Both the position numbers and the translations under genes were made by a program. The notes beneath the pieces were generated by a model. The model ran no database searches. It was given only the letters and a program-made list of their open reading frames with translations, and was not told the origin of the DNA. 64,000 nt of DNA, taken from positions 360,889-424,888 of the forward strand of contig CAVTIN010000004.1 of NCBI GenBank assembly GCA_963734895.1. The letters run 5' to 3'. Below, piece after piece: positions 18,048-29,850 of this stretch. Position 1 is the first letter of the stretch. Each line of letters opens with the position of its first letter. This stretch comes from an uncultured Chloroflexia bacterium. Lineage in GTDB: Bacteria > Chloroflexota > Limnocylindria > Limnocylindrales > CSP1-4.

Positions 18048-19007
18048 CTAATCGAGCAGGTAGCGGGGGACCTCGTTGATGAGCCTCTCACCCGCGGCAA
18101 ACCGGCGAACCTGGTCGCCGGCCAGCGCAAACGCACGGACCATGGCCTCCGGTGAGTCGCCCGCGATGTGCGGGCTGATCAGCACGTTGGGCAATGCCCA
18201 CAGCGGGTGCCCCTCGGGCAGTGGCTCGGGATCGGTGACGTCAAGGACGGCGCGCAGCCGGCCCGCCTCCAGCTCGCGCACCAGCGCCGCCGTGTTCACC
18301 GTGCGACCCCGGCCGCCGTTGACCAGCAGGGCGCCGTCGGGCAGCAGCGCCATTCGTCGCGCATCGAGCAGGCCGTCCGTCTCGCTCGTCAGCGGCAGCA
18401 TGTTGACCAGGACCCCGGCACCGGCGAGCAGCTCGTCGAGGTCCTCGAGACCGTGGACCCCGTCGCGCGCGGTTCGCGAGACCCCGGCGATCTCCACGCC
18501 GAAGGGTCGCAGGCGGTCGGCGATCGCGGTGCCGATCGCGCCCATGCCGACGATGACCACCCGGGTGCCGGCCAGCTCGGACGCCTCGTACGCCGTCCAC
18601 TCGCCAAGTGCCTGTGCGTCGCGGGCGCGGACGAACCCGCGCTGCATGGCCAGGATCGCGCCGACGGCCCACTCGGCGAGGGGCACGTCGTAGACGCCGC
18701 GAGCGTTGCACACCGTCACGCGCTCGGGCACGCGACCTGCCAGCCAGTCGACGCCGGCGCTCAGCGTCTGGATGACCTGCAGCCGTCCCGGCGGCCCGCC
18801 CAGCAACGTGAACAGCGGCTGCTGGATGCGCGTGTAGGAGACGAGCAGGTCCACGCGGGCGAGATCCGGCACGGGCTCGGGCTCCGGTGGGACGGGGACC
18901 ACCTCGACGTTGCCCGGCATCTCGCCCATGTGGACGCGTTCCGGGACGTCGGGCAGGCAGACGACGAGGGGCTCGCCGTTTCCGGCACGTTGATCAGGCA
19001 TGCCCAT
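18048..19007 (-). CDS. D-isomer-specific 2-hydroxyacid dehydrogenase (NAD-binding)
   Basis: Rossmann motif VVIVGMGAIGTAIADRL and the C-terminal catalytic region ..NVLISPHIAGDS.. The start is set at the internal ATG (MGMPDQ..) because the upstream part looks non-coding. Confidence 0.8.
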   Translation of the reverse strand: MGMPDQRAGNGEPLVVCLPDVPERVHMGEMPGNVEVVPVPPEPEPVPDLARVDLLVSYTRIQQPLFTLLGGPPGRLQVIQTLSAGVDWLAGRVPERVTVCNARGVYDVPLAEWAVGAILAMQRGFVRARDAQALGEWTAYEASELAGTRVVIVGMGAIGTAIADRLRPFGVEIAGVSRTARDGVHGLEDLDELLAGAGVLVNMLPLTSETDGLLDARRMALLPDGALLVNGGRGRTVNTAALVRELEAGRLRAVLDVTDPEPLPEGHPLWALPNVLISPHIAGDSPEAMVRAFALAGDQVRRFAAGERLINEVPRYLLD

Positions 19008-19231
19008 ATGGTGCGCGATCGGCAGCCCGGGCGTCACCGGGGAGTGGCGACGCCGCCCGGCCCTGATGACCACCCCGGCCACCGGGGCGCCTCCGACGGG
19101 ACCGTGAGTCTCGGCGACGTCCCGATCGAGCGTGGTTGAAGGGCCGTTCGCAACCCCTGGGCCGTCCCACGCGACCCGGTGCGGTTCCTCCCGGGCACGC
19201 ACGGCCAGATTCCGCGCAGTAGGATCACGCC

Positions 19232-20581
19232 ATGCGGCCGACCCTCCCGGCGCAACCGCCGTTCACCATCCGGGCTCGCGTCCTCACGCCGCTGGCCACC
19301 GGCGGGACCCGATACGAGCCCGACGGCCGGATCGACATTGATGCGCGGGGTCTCATCACACACGTGGGGCCGTGGCGCGCGGAGCCCGACGCCCCAGGTC
19401 AGGCCGGCCAGGAACCAACCGTCGACCTCCGCCCGCTCGTGCTCCTGCCGGGCATGGTCGATCTCCACGTGCACCTGCCACAGCTGCCCGCCGCGGGCGT
19501 CGGTGCCGGTCTTCACCTGCTCGAATGGCTGGAGCGGTACATCTTCCCGCTCGAGCGCGCGTTCGACGAGCCGGCCGCGGAACGCCTCGCCCCGGCGGCG
19601 TTCCGGGCATTCGCCGCTGCCGGCACGACGACCGCGGTGATTTACGGTGCGGTGTACGAGCCGTCACTCGACGCCACGTTCCGGGCCGCGGAGGCGCACG
19701 GCATCCGGGCGGTCATCGGCAAGGTGATGATGGATCGCGGCAGCTACGACGACCGCCTGCCGCCCGAGCGTGTGCTCGAGACGAGCCTCCGCCAGTCCGC
19801 CGACCTGTGCAGCCGCTGGCACGGTCGGGATGCCGGGCGGCTGCGCTATGCCTTCACCCCGCGGTTCGCCGTGTCGTGCAGCGCAGACATCCTGCGTGAG
19901 TCGGCCGCGCTCGCGCGCGCGAGCGGCGCCTATTGGCAGACGCACCTGTCCGAGGACCGGCACGAGCTGCGCGAGGTGGCAAGGCTGCATCCGGACGCAT
20001 TCGACTACCTCGACGTATACGACCGCGCCGGCGCCCTGGGCGAGCGAACGATCATGGCCCATGCGATCCACCTGTCGGACCGCGAGGTGGCGCGACTTGT
20101 CGAGACCGACACCGTGGTTGCCCACTGCCCGGCGTCCAACCTGTTCCTCGCCTCCGGTGCGATGCGGCTGGGCCGGTATCAGGCCGAGGGGATCCGCGTC
20201 GGCCTGGGATCTGACGTGTCGGCTGGTCCGGAGCTCTCGATCTTCGCCAACATGCGCGCCGGCGCCTACACGCAGAGCGGCCTCAGCGTGCGCGACGACG
20301 GGAGCGGGCCCGCGCCGCTCGGACCGCTCGACTGGCTCCGGCTGGGGACCTTCGAGGGCGCGCGTGCCCTTGGCCTCGACGCGGCGATCGGCTCGCTCGA
20401 GAAAGGCAAGGAGGCCGATCTCATCGCGGTGGACCCGCGGCTGGTGGCCCCCATCGAGGGCATCGACTCGAACGACCCGGTCGAGATCATGTCGCGCCTG
20501 GCCTTCCGGCCGCACCCGGCGATGGTTCGCGCAGCATGGGTCCGCGGCCGGCTGCTCGACGGGCCGCCGGGGCCGGCGTGA
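19232..20581 (+). CDS. guanine deaminase-like amidohydrolase
   Basis: 449 aa with LLPGMVDLHVHLPQ (HxH metal site), QTHLSEDRHELREV, AHAIHLSDRE, VAHCPASNLFLASG and GLGSDVSAG. This matches the guanine deaminase/chlorohydrolase pattern. Confidence 0.7.
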   Translation: MRPTLPAQPPFTIRARVLTPLATGGTRYEPDGRIDIDARGLITHVGPWRAEPDAPGQAGQEPTVDLRPLVLLPGMVDLHVHLPQLPAAGVGAGLHLLEWLERYIFPLERAFDEPAAERLAPAAFRAFAAAGTTTAVIYGAVYEPSLDATFRAAEAHGIRAVIGKVMMDRGSYDDRLPPERVLETSLRQSADLCSRWHGRDAGRLRYAFTPRFAVSCSADILRESAALARASGAYWQTHLSEDRHELREVARLHPDAFDYLDVYDRAGALGERTIMAHAIHLSDREVARLVETDTVVAHCPASNLFLASGAMRLGRYQAEGIRVGLGSDVSAGPELSIFANMRAGAYTQSGLSVRDDGSGPAPLGPLDWLRLGTFEGARALGLDAAIGSLEKGKEADLIAVDPRLVAPIEGIDSNDPVEIMSRLAFRPHPAMVRAAWVRGRLLDGPPGPA

Positions 20582-20609
20582 CGGACCCGCGACCAGCCGA
20601 GCGACCCCG

Positions 20610-22208
20610 ATGACACGCGACGTTGCCCTGCTGCTCGAGGGCGGCACCGTCGTGGACGGCACAGGCGCACCCGGCTTCCTCGCCAGCGTTGCCGTTTCCG
20701 GTGATCGGATCGTCCTGCCGGCGCCGGGCGAGACGCTGCGCGCCGCCCGCACCTACGACGCCACCGGCCTCGTCGTCGCGCCCGGGTTCATCGACCTCCA
20801 CAGCCACGGCGGGCTGGTGGTGCTGGCAGAGCCGCGTCACGAGCCGAAGGTGCGACAGGGCGTCACGACCGAGGTGATCGGCGTGGACGGCAACGCGTAT
20901 GCGCCCTTCCCGGACGCCGCCGACCTGCGCGACTTCGTCATCCTCAACGCCGGGCTCGACGGCCGCCCCGACCTCGACTACGACTGGGCCACGGTGGCCG
21001 AGTACCTGGCCCGCTACGACCGCCGAGTCGCGGTCAACATCGCCTACGTCGTGGGCAACTCGCCGCTTCGGATCGCGGCGGTCGGCTGGGACGACGTGGA
21101 GGCCGGCGCGCCCGCGATCGCCGCCCAGCGATCGCGGTTTCGCGAGGCGATGGAGGACGGCGCCTTCGGGCTGTCGACGGGGCTCGACTACCCGCCGGGC
21201 TCGTACGCCACCACCGCGGAGCTGGTCGCCATCGCCACCGAGGCTGCCCGGCTCGGCGGCATCTACCACACGCACGTCCGCTATCCGCTGGGCGACGGCT
21301 TCCTGGACCCGTTCCGCGAGGCGATCGAGATCGGGCGGCGGAGCGGCGCGCCGGTCCACATCACCCACTTCTACCACCGGGCCACGTTCCCGGGGACACC
21401 CGAGCAGATGCTCGCGCTGGTCGATGATGCCCGCGCGGAGGGCGTCGACGTCAGCTTCGACCTGTATCCATCCGAATGGGCGAGCACGCGCCTCGTGATC
21501 ATGCTCCCGCCCTGGATGCAGGCCGGCGGCATCGGACCGCTGCGCGAGCGGCTCGCCGATCGCGCGATGCGCGGCCGGATCCGCGATGAGCTCCGCGCGC
21601 GGGGTCGGCTGTTCGCGGGCGATCGCACCTGGGATGAGCTGCGGATCGGCGCGCTCACCCGGCCGGAGCACCTCGAGTGGGAGGGGCGGACGCTGGGCGA
21701 CCTCATGCGGGCGACCGGTCGCGACGCCGTCGATACGATCTGCGACCTGCTGCTCGCCGAGGACCTCCGGGTCAACCAGGTGACGCCCGGACCGCACCGC
21801 GACGGCATCCGGCGGTTCCTGCAGCATTCCGGGGCGATGATCGGCACCGACGGGGTGATGATCGGCGACAAGCCCTCGCCACGGACCTACGGCAGCTATC
21901 CGCGGATCCTGGGCGAGTTCGTGCGCGAGGAGCGCTGGCTGGGGCTCGAGGCAGCCGTGCACGCGATGACGGGCGCCCCTGCCGCGCGTCTCGGCCTGAC
22001 CGACCGGGGTCGCATCATCGACGGCCTCGCCGCGGACCTCGTCGTGTTCGACCCGGCCACGGTTGGCTCACCGGCGACCTACGACGATCCGCGCCGGTTC
22101 CCGGAGGGCATCCCGCTGGTCCTCGTCAACGGCGTGCCAGTCGTCGATGGCGGTGAGCACACGGGGGCCACGCCGGGTCGCTCGCTTCGACATGGCCGCA
22201 CAGCGTGA
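20610..22208 (+). CDS. N-acyl-D-amino-acid deacylase (D-aminoacylase) family amidohydrolase
   Basis: The ATG at 20610 gives MTRDVALLLEGGTVVDGTG..APGFIDLHSHG.., GLSTGLDYPPGSYATTAEL and HISHF-type motifs. Confidence 0.75.
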   Translation: MTRDVALLLEGGTVVDGTGAPGFLASVAVSGDRIVLPAPGETLRAARTYDATGLVVAPGFIDLHSHGGLVVLAEPRHEPKVRQGVTTEVIGVDGNAYAPFPDAADLRDFVILNAGLDGRPDLDYDWATVAEYLARYDRRVAVNIAYVVGNSPLRIAAVGWDDVEAGAPAIAAQRSRFREAMEDGAFGLSTGLDYPPGSYATTAELVAIATEAARLGGIYHTHVRYPLGDGFLDPFREAIEIGRRSGAPVHITHFYHRATFPGTPEQMLALVDDARAEGVDVSFDLYPSEWASTRLVIMLPPWMQAGGIGPLRERLADRAMRGRIRDELRARGRLFAGDRTWDELRIGALTRPEHLEWEGRTLGDLMRATGRDAVDTICDLLLAEDLRVNQVTPGPHRDGIRRFLQHSGAMIGTDGVMIGDKPSPRTYGSYPRILGEFVREERWLGLEAAVHAMTGAPAARLGLTDRGRIIDGLAADLVVFDPATVGSPATYDDPRRFPEGIPLVLVNGVPVVDGGEHTGATPGRSLRHGRTA

Positions 22209-22325
22209 GCGGCCGGCCATGGAAGCATCGCCTGTGCCGACTGCCCTGCTCACCTCCGACGCAACGCTTGACATGCGAGGGCGCGCGGTTCCACGCTTCC
22301 GGGAATTCGAGGGAGGCGCTCCACG

Positions 22326-24673
<2,348 letters not shown>

Positions 24674-24677
<4 letters not shown>

Positions 24678-25168
24678 CCTGGCAGCTGGTGGTCAACGGC
24701 GACACCGTCTCGGTCGACGCGCCGGGCATGCGACGGCTGCTCGACGTGCTGCGAGAGGACCTCGGGCTGACCGGCGCCAAGGAGGGCTGTGGCGAGGGCG
24801 AGTGCGGCGCCTGCACGGTGCTGCTCGACGGGAACGCCGTCCTGAGCTGTCTCATCCCCGTGTGCCAGGTTGACGGCGCCGACGTGCGCACGGTGGAGGG
24901 CCTGGCCCCCGCGCCGGGTCAGCTGGGCGTGCTCCAGGCGGCATTCCTGGAGGCGGGCGGTGCCCAGTGCGGGATCTGCACGCCGGGCATGCTGATGACC
25001 GCCGAGGCATTCCTGGCGTCGGGCATGGAGCCGACGGACGGCGCGATCCGCGAGGCGATCGCCGGGAACCTGTGCCGGTGCACCGGCTACACCAAGATCA
25101 TCGACTCGATCCGGCTCGCGGCCGAGCGCACCGGTGCCGGCTCCGCTCCGCCCGACGGGCCCGCCTGA
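24674..25168 (+). CDS. xanthine dehydrogenase family, (2Fe-2S)-binding small subunit
   Basis: ATGA overlap with the large-subunit stop. Contains GCGEGECGACTV, QCGICTPG and NLCRCTGY cysteine clusters. Confidence 0.9.
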
Positions 25169-26049
25169 TGCCGCTCGAGCCCCCGGTCGTCTCGCCGCGC
25201 TCGCTCGCGGAGGCGTATTCGCTGCTCGCGGAGCAGCCGTATCGCCCCCTCGCCGGTGGGACGGACCTGCTGGTGCAGCTGACCGGCGAGCTCGGCCCGC
25301 CGCCGGACCGCGTGCTCAACCTGTGGGGGCTCGACGAGCTCCGCGGGATCGTCGTCCGGGATGACGTCCTCGAGCTCGGGGCGCTGGCCACGTACACCGG
25401 GATCCGCCGTTCCGCCGCCTGCCAGGCACACGCGTCCTCGCTGGTCGAAGCGGCCGCGACGATCGGCGCGGCGCAGATCCAGCACCGGGGCACGATCGGC
25501 GGCAACGTGATGAACGCCTCGCCCGCAGGCGACACGCTGCCGGTGCTGCTGGCTCTGGACGCGGTGCTTGTCCTGGGCAGTGCGACCGGTGAGCGCGAGG
25601 TGGCCGCGACCGACTTCTGGCCCGCCTATCGCCGCACCGCGGCTCGCCCGGACGAGCTCCTGGTGCGGATCCGGATCCCGCTCGTAGAGGATCGCGAGCA
25701 GCGGTTCCGCAAGGTCGGCACGCGGCGTGCGCAGGCGATCTCCAAGGTCGTGGTCGCGGCGGCGTGGCATGGCCATGGAGAGTGGCGCCACGTGCGGATC
25801 GCGCTAGGCTCGGTGGCACCGACGCCGATCCGGGTCGCCGCGGCCGAGGCTGCGCTCGAGGGCCATCCGCGCAACCCCGCGTCGATCGAGGCGGCGGTGG
25901 CGGCGCTTTCCGCGGCGATCCAACCCATCGACGACGTCAGGTCGACGGCCGCCTATCGCCGTGAGGCGGCCCGGCGGGTCGTGCGGCGGCTGCTGGCGGA
26001 CGCAGCTGGCATCGATGGCAACGCGACGATCGACGGAGGTGCAGCGTGA
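25168..26049 (+). CDS. xanthine dehydrogenase family, FAD-binding subunit
   Basis: TGATG overlap with the Fe-S subunit. Contains PLAGGTDLLVQL and HRGTIGGNVMNASPAGD motifs. Confidence 0.85.
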   Translation: MPLEPPVVSPRSLAEAYSLLAEQPYRPLAGGTDLLVQLTGELGPPPDRVLNLWGLDELRGIVVRDDVLELGALATYTGIRRSAACQAHASSLVEAAATIGAAQIQHRGTIGGNVMNASPAGDTLPVLLALDAVLVLGSATGEREVAATDFWPAYRRTAARPDELLVRIRIPLVEDREQRFRKVGTRRAQAISKVVVAAAWHGHGEWRHVRIALGSVAPTPIRVAAAEAALEGHPRNPASIEAAVAALSAAIQPIDDVRSTAAYRREAARRVVRRLLADAAGIDGNATIDGGAA

Positions 26050-26894
26050 CCGAGCTCGGACCGAACCGGTACGGCAAGCAGTCCATCCGGCTGGTGCGCG
26101 TCATCCGCGGACCCGTCCACCGCGTCCGAGACCTCACCGTGGACGTCTCGCTCGATGGCGCCTTCGAGGCGGCCTTCGTCGACGGGGACAACTCGTCGGT
26201 GGTGGCCACGGACACGATGAAGAACACGGTGTACGCGCTCGCGACGGAGCACCTCACCGGCGCCATCGAGACGTTCGCGGTCGACCTGGCGCGCCACTTC
26301 CTCGAGGCCGAACCCGTGTCCTCGGCGACGGTCACCATCCGGGAGCATGCCTGGGAGCCGCTCGCGGCCGGTGGCGTCCCGGCGCCCGATGCGTTCCGCC
26401 GAACCGGCGGCGCGACCCGGACCGCCGTCGCTGCTGCCGTCGCCGGCGCCGCCGCCGTCACCGTGGACGGCGGCATCGAGGACCTCGTGGTCATGAAGAC
26501 CGCGCGCTCCGCGTTCTCGGGCTTCCCGCGTGATCGATACACCACGCTTCCCGAGGTCCGCGACCGGATCATGGCCACCCGCATCACCGCGACGTGGCGA
26601 CACGCCACGACCGCGGACTGGGATGCGCGCCACGATGGGCTCGTGCGCACGCTGCTGGCCACGTTCGCGGACCACGACAGCGAATCGGTCCAGCACTCGA
26701 TCTGGGTGGTCGCGAACGCGATGCTTGCCGCGGAGCCCGGGATCACCGAGGTCACCATGCGGCTGCCCAACCTCCACCACTGGCTGGTGGATCTCGCGCC
26801 GTTCGGCGGCACCAACGAGGGCGAGATCTTCGTCGCCACCGCCGAGCCCTACGGCATGATCGAGGCAACCGTCCGCCGTTCCGCGGGCGCGTGA
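26046..26894 (+). CDS. factor-independent urate oxidase (uricase)
   Basis: GTG start overlapping the previous stop. The N-terminus NRYGKQSIRLVRV.. and TDTMKNTVYALA are uricase signatures. Confidence 0.85.
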   Translation: MTELGPNRYGKQSIRLVRVIRGPVHRVRDLTVDVSLDGAFEAAFVDGDNSSVVATDTMKNTVYALATEHLTGAIETFAVDLARHFLEAEPVSSATVTIREHAWEPLAAGGVPAPDAFRRTGGATRTAVAAAVAGAAAVTVDGGIEDLVVMKTARSAFSGFPRDRYTTLPEVRDRIMATRITATWRHATTADWDARHDGLVRTLLATFADHDSESVQHSIWVVANAMLAAEPGITEVTMRLPNLHHWLVDLAPFGGTNEGEIFVATAEPYGMIEATVRRSAGA

Positions 26895-26937
26895 CCCGGC
26901 TCGCGTCGGGGGTCGAGCTCGGCTGACGCGGTGCGCC

Positions 26938-28341
26938 CTAGCGCATCGGCTCCAGTTCGCGCTCGATGAACCGCCCGAAGCCGCGCTGCCCGACGAAGAC
27001 GCCATCGCGCACCACGAACGTGCCGCGGACGATCGTCGAGCGAACGGCGCCCCGGACCTCACGTCCCTCGAAGGGGGTGTAGTCGCTCGAATGATGCAGG
27101 TCCCCGGCCCGGATCGTCCGTCGTGCGGATGGGTCGAACAGCACGAGATCGGCGTCGCGCCCGACCTCGATCGCCCCCTTCACGCGCAGCCCGAACAGTC
27201 GGGCGGGCGTCGTGGCCAGCAGGTCCACGAGTCGCTCGATCGTGATCCTCCCGCCCGCGACGCCCGCCTCGTATGCGATGGCGAGCAGCGTCTCGATCCC
27301 CGGACCGCCGTTCGAGATCCGGTCGAACGACTCGCGCCACGATTGCTTCTCGACGCCGACGCGGTCCGGCACGTGGTCGGTGGCGACCAGCGCAAGCGAG
27401 CCGTCGGCGAGCCCGTCCCACAACGCCTCGGGGTTGCCGGCGGCCCGAAGTGGCGGCGAGATGACGTAGCGGGCGGCGACCTCGGGCGGTTCGTCGTACC
27501 GGTCGTCGGTGAGGGTCAGGTATTGGGGGCACGTCTCGGCGAACACGGGCGGCCCCGCGTCGTGGCCACGGCGGACGGCCTCGAGCGCCTCGGCCGACGA
27601 CAGATGGACGACGTACAGCGGCGCATCCGCGGCGCGCGCCAGCGCGATCGCGCGCGTCGTCGCCTCGGCCTCGACGTACGGGGGACGCGAGCTCGCATGG
27701 AACCGCGGCCCAACCTCGCCGGCCGCGAGATGGCGCGCGGTCAGGGACTCCAGGATGGTCCGGTTCTCGCAGTGGACCTCGAGCATGCCGCCGTGCTCGC
27801 CCGCGGCCGCGAGTGCGCGGAGCAGGGTCACGTCGTCAATGCCGAAGTCATAGACCATGAACGCCTTGACCGTGGGCACGCCGGCGTCGACCACCGCGGG
27901 CAGCTCGGCAACCGGATCCGCCTGCTCGGCCGTGAGCACCAGGCTGAGCGCAACGTCCACGGCCGCGTCGCCGTCGGTGGCCGCCCGCCACTCGCGCAGA
28001 CCCGCGACCAGCGACCGGGCCGCCGCGGGCGACGACCCGGTCCCCGGGTTGTTGAACGCGAGGAACGTGGTCGTGCCGCCGAACGCCGCGGCGACCGAGT
28101 CCGCGAAGAACCGGTCCGGCTCCGCGTCGGTGGCGACCCGCGTGTGGGTGTGGACGTCCACCACGCCCGGCAGGACCAGCAGCCCCGCGGCGTCGACGAC
28201 CTCGCGGGCCGTCGGAGCGAGGTTGCCCAGGTCCGGCTCCACGGCCGAGATCCGCCCGCCGTCCACGGCCACGTCGGCGACCCGGGACCCGCGAGTCGTC
28301 ACGACCGTCCCGCCACGGACGATGAGGTCGGCCACGACCAT
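26938..28341 (-). CDS. cyclic amidohydrolase (dihydropyrimidinase / hydantoinase / allantoinase family)
   Basis: The internal ATG at 28341 gives MVVADLIVRGGTVV..LPGVVDVHTH.. and VPTVKAFMVY (carbamylated-Lys context). TGATG coupling to the upstream DUF3830 gene. Confidence 0.8.
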   Translation of the reverse strand: MVVADLIVRGGTVVTTRGSRVADVAVDGGRISAVEPDLGNLAPTAREVVDAAGLLVLPGVVDVHTHTRVATDAEPDRFFADSVAAAFGGTTTFLAFNNPGTGSSPAAARSLVAGLREWRAATDGDAAVDVALSLVLTAEQADPVAELPAVVDAGVPTVKAFMVYDFGIDDVTLLRALAAAGEHGGMLEVHCENRTILESLTARHLAAGEVGPRFHASSRPPYVEAEATTRAIALARAADAPLYVVHLSSAEALEAVRRGHDAGPPVFAETCPQYLTLTDDRYDEPPEVAARYVISPPLRAAGNPEALWDGLADGSLALVATDHVPDRVGVEKQSWRESFDRISNGGPGIETLLAIAYEAGVAGGRITIERLVDLLATTPARLFGLRVKGAIEVGRDADLVLFDPSARRTIRAGDLHHSSDYTPFEGREVRGAVRSTIVRGTFVVRDGVFVGQRGFGRFIERELEPMR

Positions 28342-28760
28342 CAGCCCTCGGTGATCTCGATGTCCTGGGCACCGTCCCACAGGCATCGGCGACCCATCTC
28401 GCGCAGACGCTCCTCCCAGTCGTCGTGGGGCAGGATCGACGCAAAGTGGTTCGCGGCCAGCTGACCGACCTTGGACGAGGTCGTGCAGGCGCCGTACGGG
28501 AAGAAGATCTCGCATTCGCTGACGCCGCCCGGGTACAGGGCGAGGTGCCCGGGTGCCGGGTGCGACGTGTGGTGCTCCCAGCCCACGTCGGGCCGCAGGT
28601 CGCCGTACGGGATCCAGGTCGCTTCACCGCTCCAGCGGCAGTGGATCAGCTGCGCGCGCAGCGGCAGCATCGCGCGGATGATCTCGATCGTTCGCGGGGC
28701 CTCGGGCTCCCAGCGGGCGCTAAAGTGCAGGTCACCAACACGGATCGACAGCTCGCTCAT
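28341..28760 (-). CDS. DUF3830 (cyclophilin-like) family protein
   Basis: 139 aa: MSELSIRVGDLHFSARWEPEAPRTIEIIRAMLPL..LIHCRWSGEA... This matches my memory of DUF3830 proteins found next to hydantoinases. Confidence 0.6.
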   Translation of the reverse strand: MSELSIRVGDLHFSARWEPEAPRTIEIIRAMLPLRAQLIHCRWSGEATWIPYGDLRPDVGWEHHTSHPAPGHLALYPGGVSECEIFFPYGACTTSSKVGQLAANHFASILPHDDWEERLREMGRRCLWDGAQDIEITEG

Positions 28761-28774
28761 CGGCGGAGGATACG

Positions 28775-29104
28775 GTGCCGAACGGCCGTCCGACCATCTC
28801 CACGCACGTGCTCGATACCGCCGGCGGGCGTCCGGCCCCGGGAATCGGCGTTCGCTGCTGGCGGCTCGACGGTGACTCGGCCGAGGCGATGGGCCGCGGC
28901 GTGACCGACGACGACGGCCGGATCCGCGACCTGCTGGGCGACGAGGCGCTGGTTCCCGGGCGGTACCGGCTGTCGTTCGACCTGGGGACCGGACGCTTCT
29001 TCGAGACCGTGACGCTCGAGGTCCGGATCGACGATGCGACCCGGAGCCACCACGTCCCGTTGCTGCTGGCCCCGTACGGGCTGACGACCTACCGCGGATC
29101 CTGA
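28775..29104 (+). CDS. 5-hydroxyisourate hydrolase (transthyretin-like)
   Basis: 109 aa with ISTHVLDTAGGRPAPG, YHVPLLLAPYG and the C-terminal YRGS signature. GGAGGA lies 4 nt upstream of the GTG. Confidence 0.9.
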   Translation: MPNGRPTISTHVLDTAGGRPAPGIGVRCWRLDGDSAEAMGRGVTDDDGRIRDLLGDEALVPGRYRLSFDLGTGRFFETVTLEVRIDDATRSHHVPLLLAPYGLTTYRGS

Positions 29105-29107
29105 CGC

Positions 29108-29683
29108 GTGGGTGCCGAGGCGTCCGGACCCGTCCCGCTCGGCGTCGCGGAGATCGACGAACTCGACACGGTGGCGTGCGCCGCTGCGCTGGCCCCACTG
29201 TTCGAAGGCGCACCCCGGTTCCTGGCGCGGCTGGTTGCCGTCCGCCCGTACGGGGATGGCACAACCCTGTTCGCCCGCGCCCGCGAGATCGCGCACGCGA
29301 TGCCTGAGCCGGATCAGGTCGAGCTGATCGACGCGCACCCTCGCCTGGGCGCGCCGCCTCGGACCGTGTCGGCGCTCTCGTTCCGGGAGCAGGGCTACGG
29401 CCGCGACGCCGATGGGGCCGCGTCGGACGCGGATGTGGACGAGGACGCGGTCGCCGAAGCCGAGCGCCACCGCGTCGCCGCGGAGCTCGCCCGTCTCAAT
29501 GACGCCTACGAGCGGCGGTTCGGGTTCCGGTACTGCGTGTTCGTCGCGGGCCGGCCCCGCGCGGCGCTGCTGCCCGCGATGGAGGCGAGCCTCGCGGCCG
29601 GCCGCGAGACGGAGCTCCACCGCGCCCTCGACGCCGTGATCGACATCGCCGCCGACCGCTATCGGGCGCTCGGATCCCGCTGA
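29108..29683 (+). CDS. 2-oxo-4-hydroxy-4-carboxy-5-ureidoimidazoline (OHCU) decarboxylase
   Basis: 191 aa with LFEGAPRF, IDAHPRLG and LNDAYERRFGFRYCVFVAGR motifs. Confidence 0.8.
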   Translation: MGAEASGPVPLGVAEIDELDTVACAAALAPLFEGAPRFLARLVAVRPYGDGTTLFARAREIAHAMPEPDQVELIDAHPRLGAPPRTVSALSFREQGYGRDADGAASDADVDEDAVAEAERHRVAAELARLNDAYERRFGFRYCVFVAGRPRAALLPAMEASLAAGRETELHRALDAVIDIAADRYRALGSR

Positions 29684-29850
29684 CCCGGACGACCCTGCCG
29701 GCTTCGGATCCGTCGGTAAGCGGACCAACCCGCTAGACTTTCACCTCCGGAGACTCCCTTGCCACAGGCGCGGTTCGCTCCCGCGGCGGGTCCGACGGGT
29801 CGTGCCGCACGGGGGCATCGATTCGCGGCATCGAAGAGCGCACACATCAC

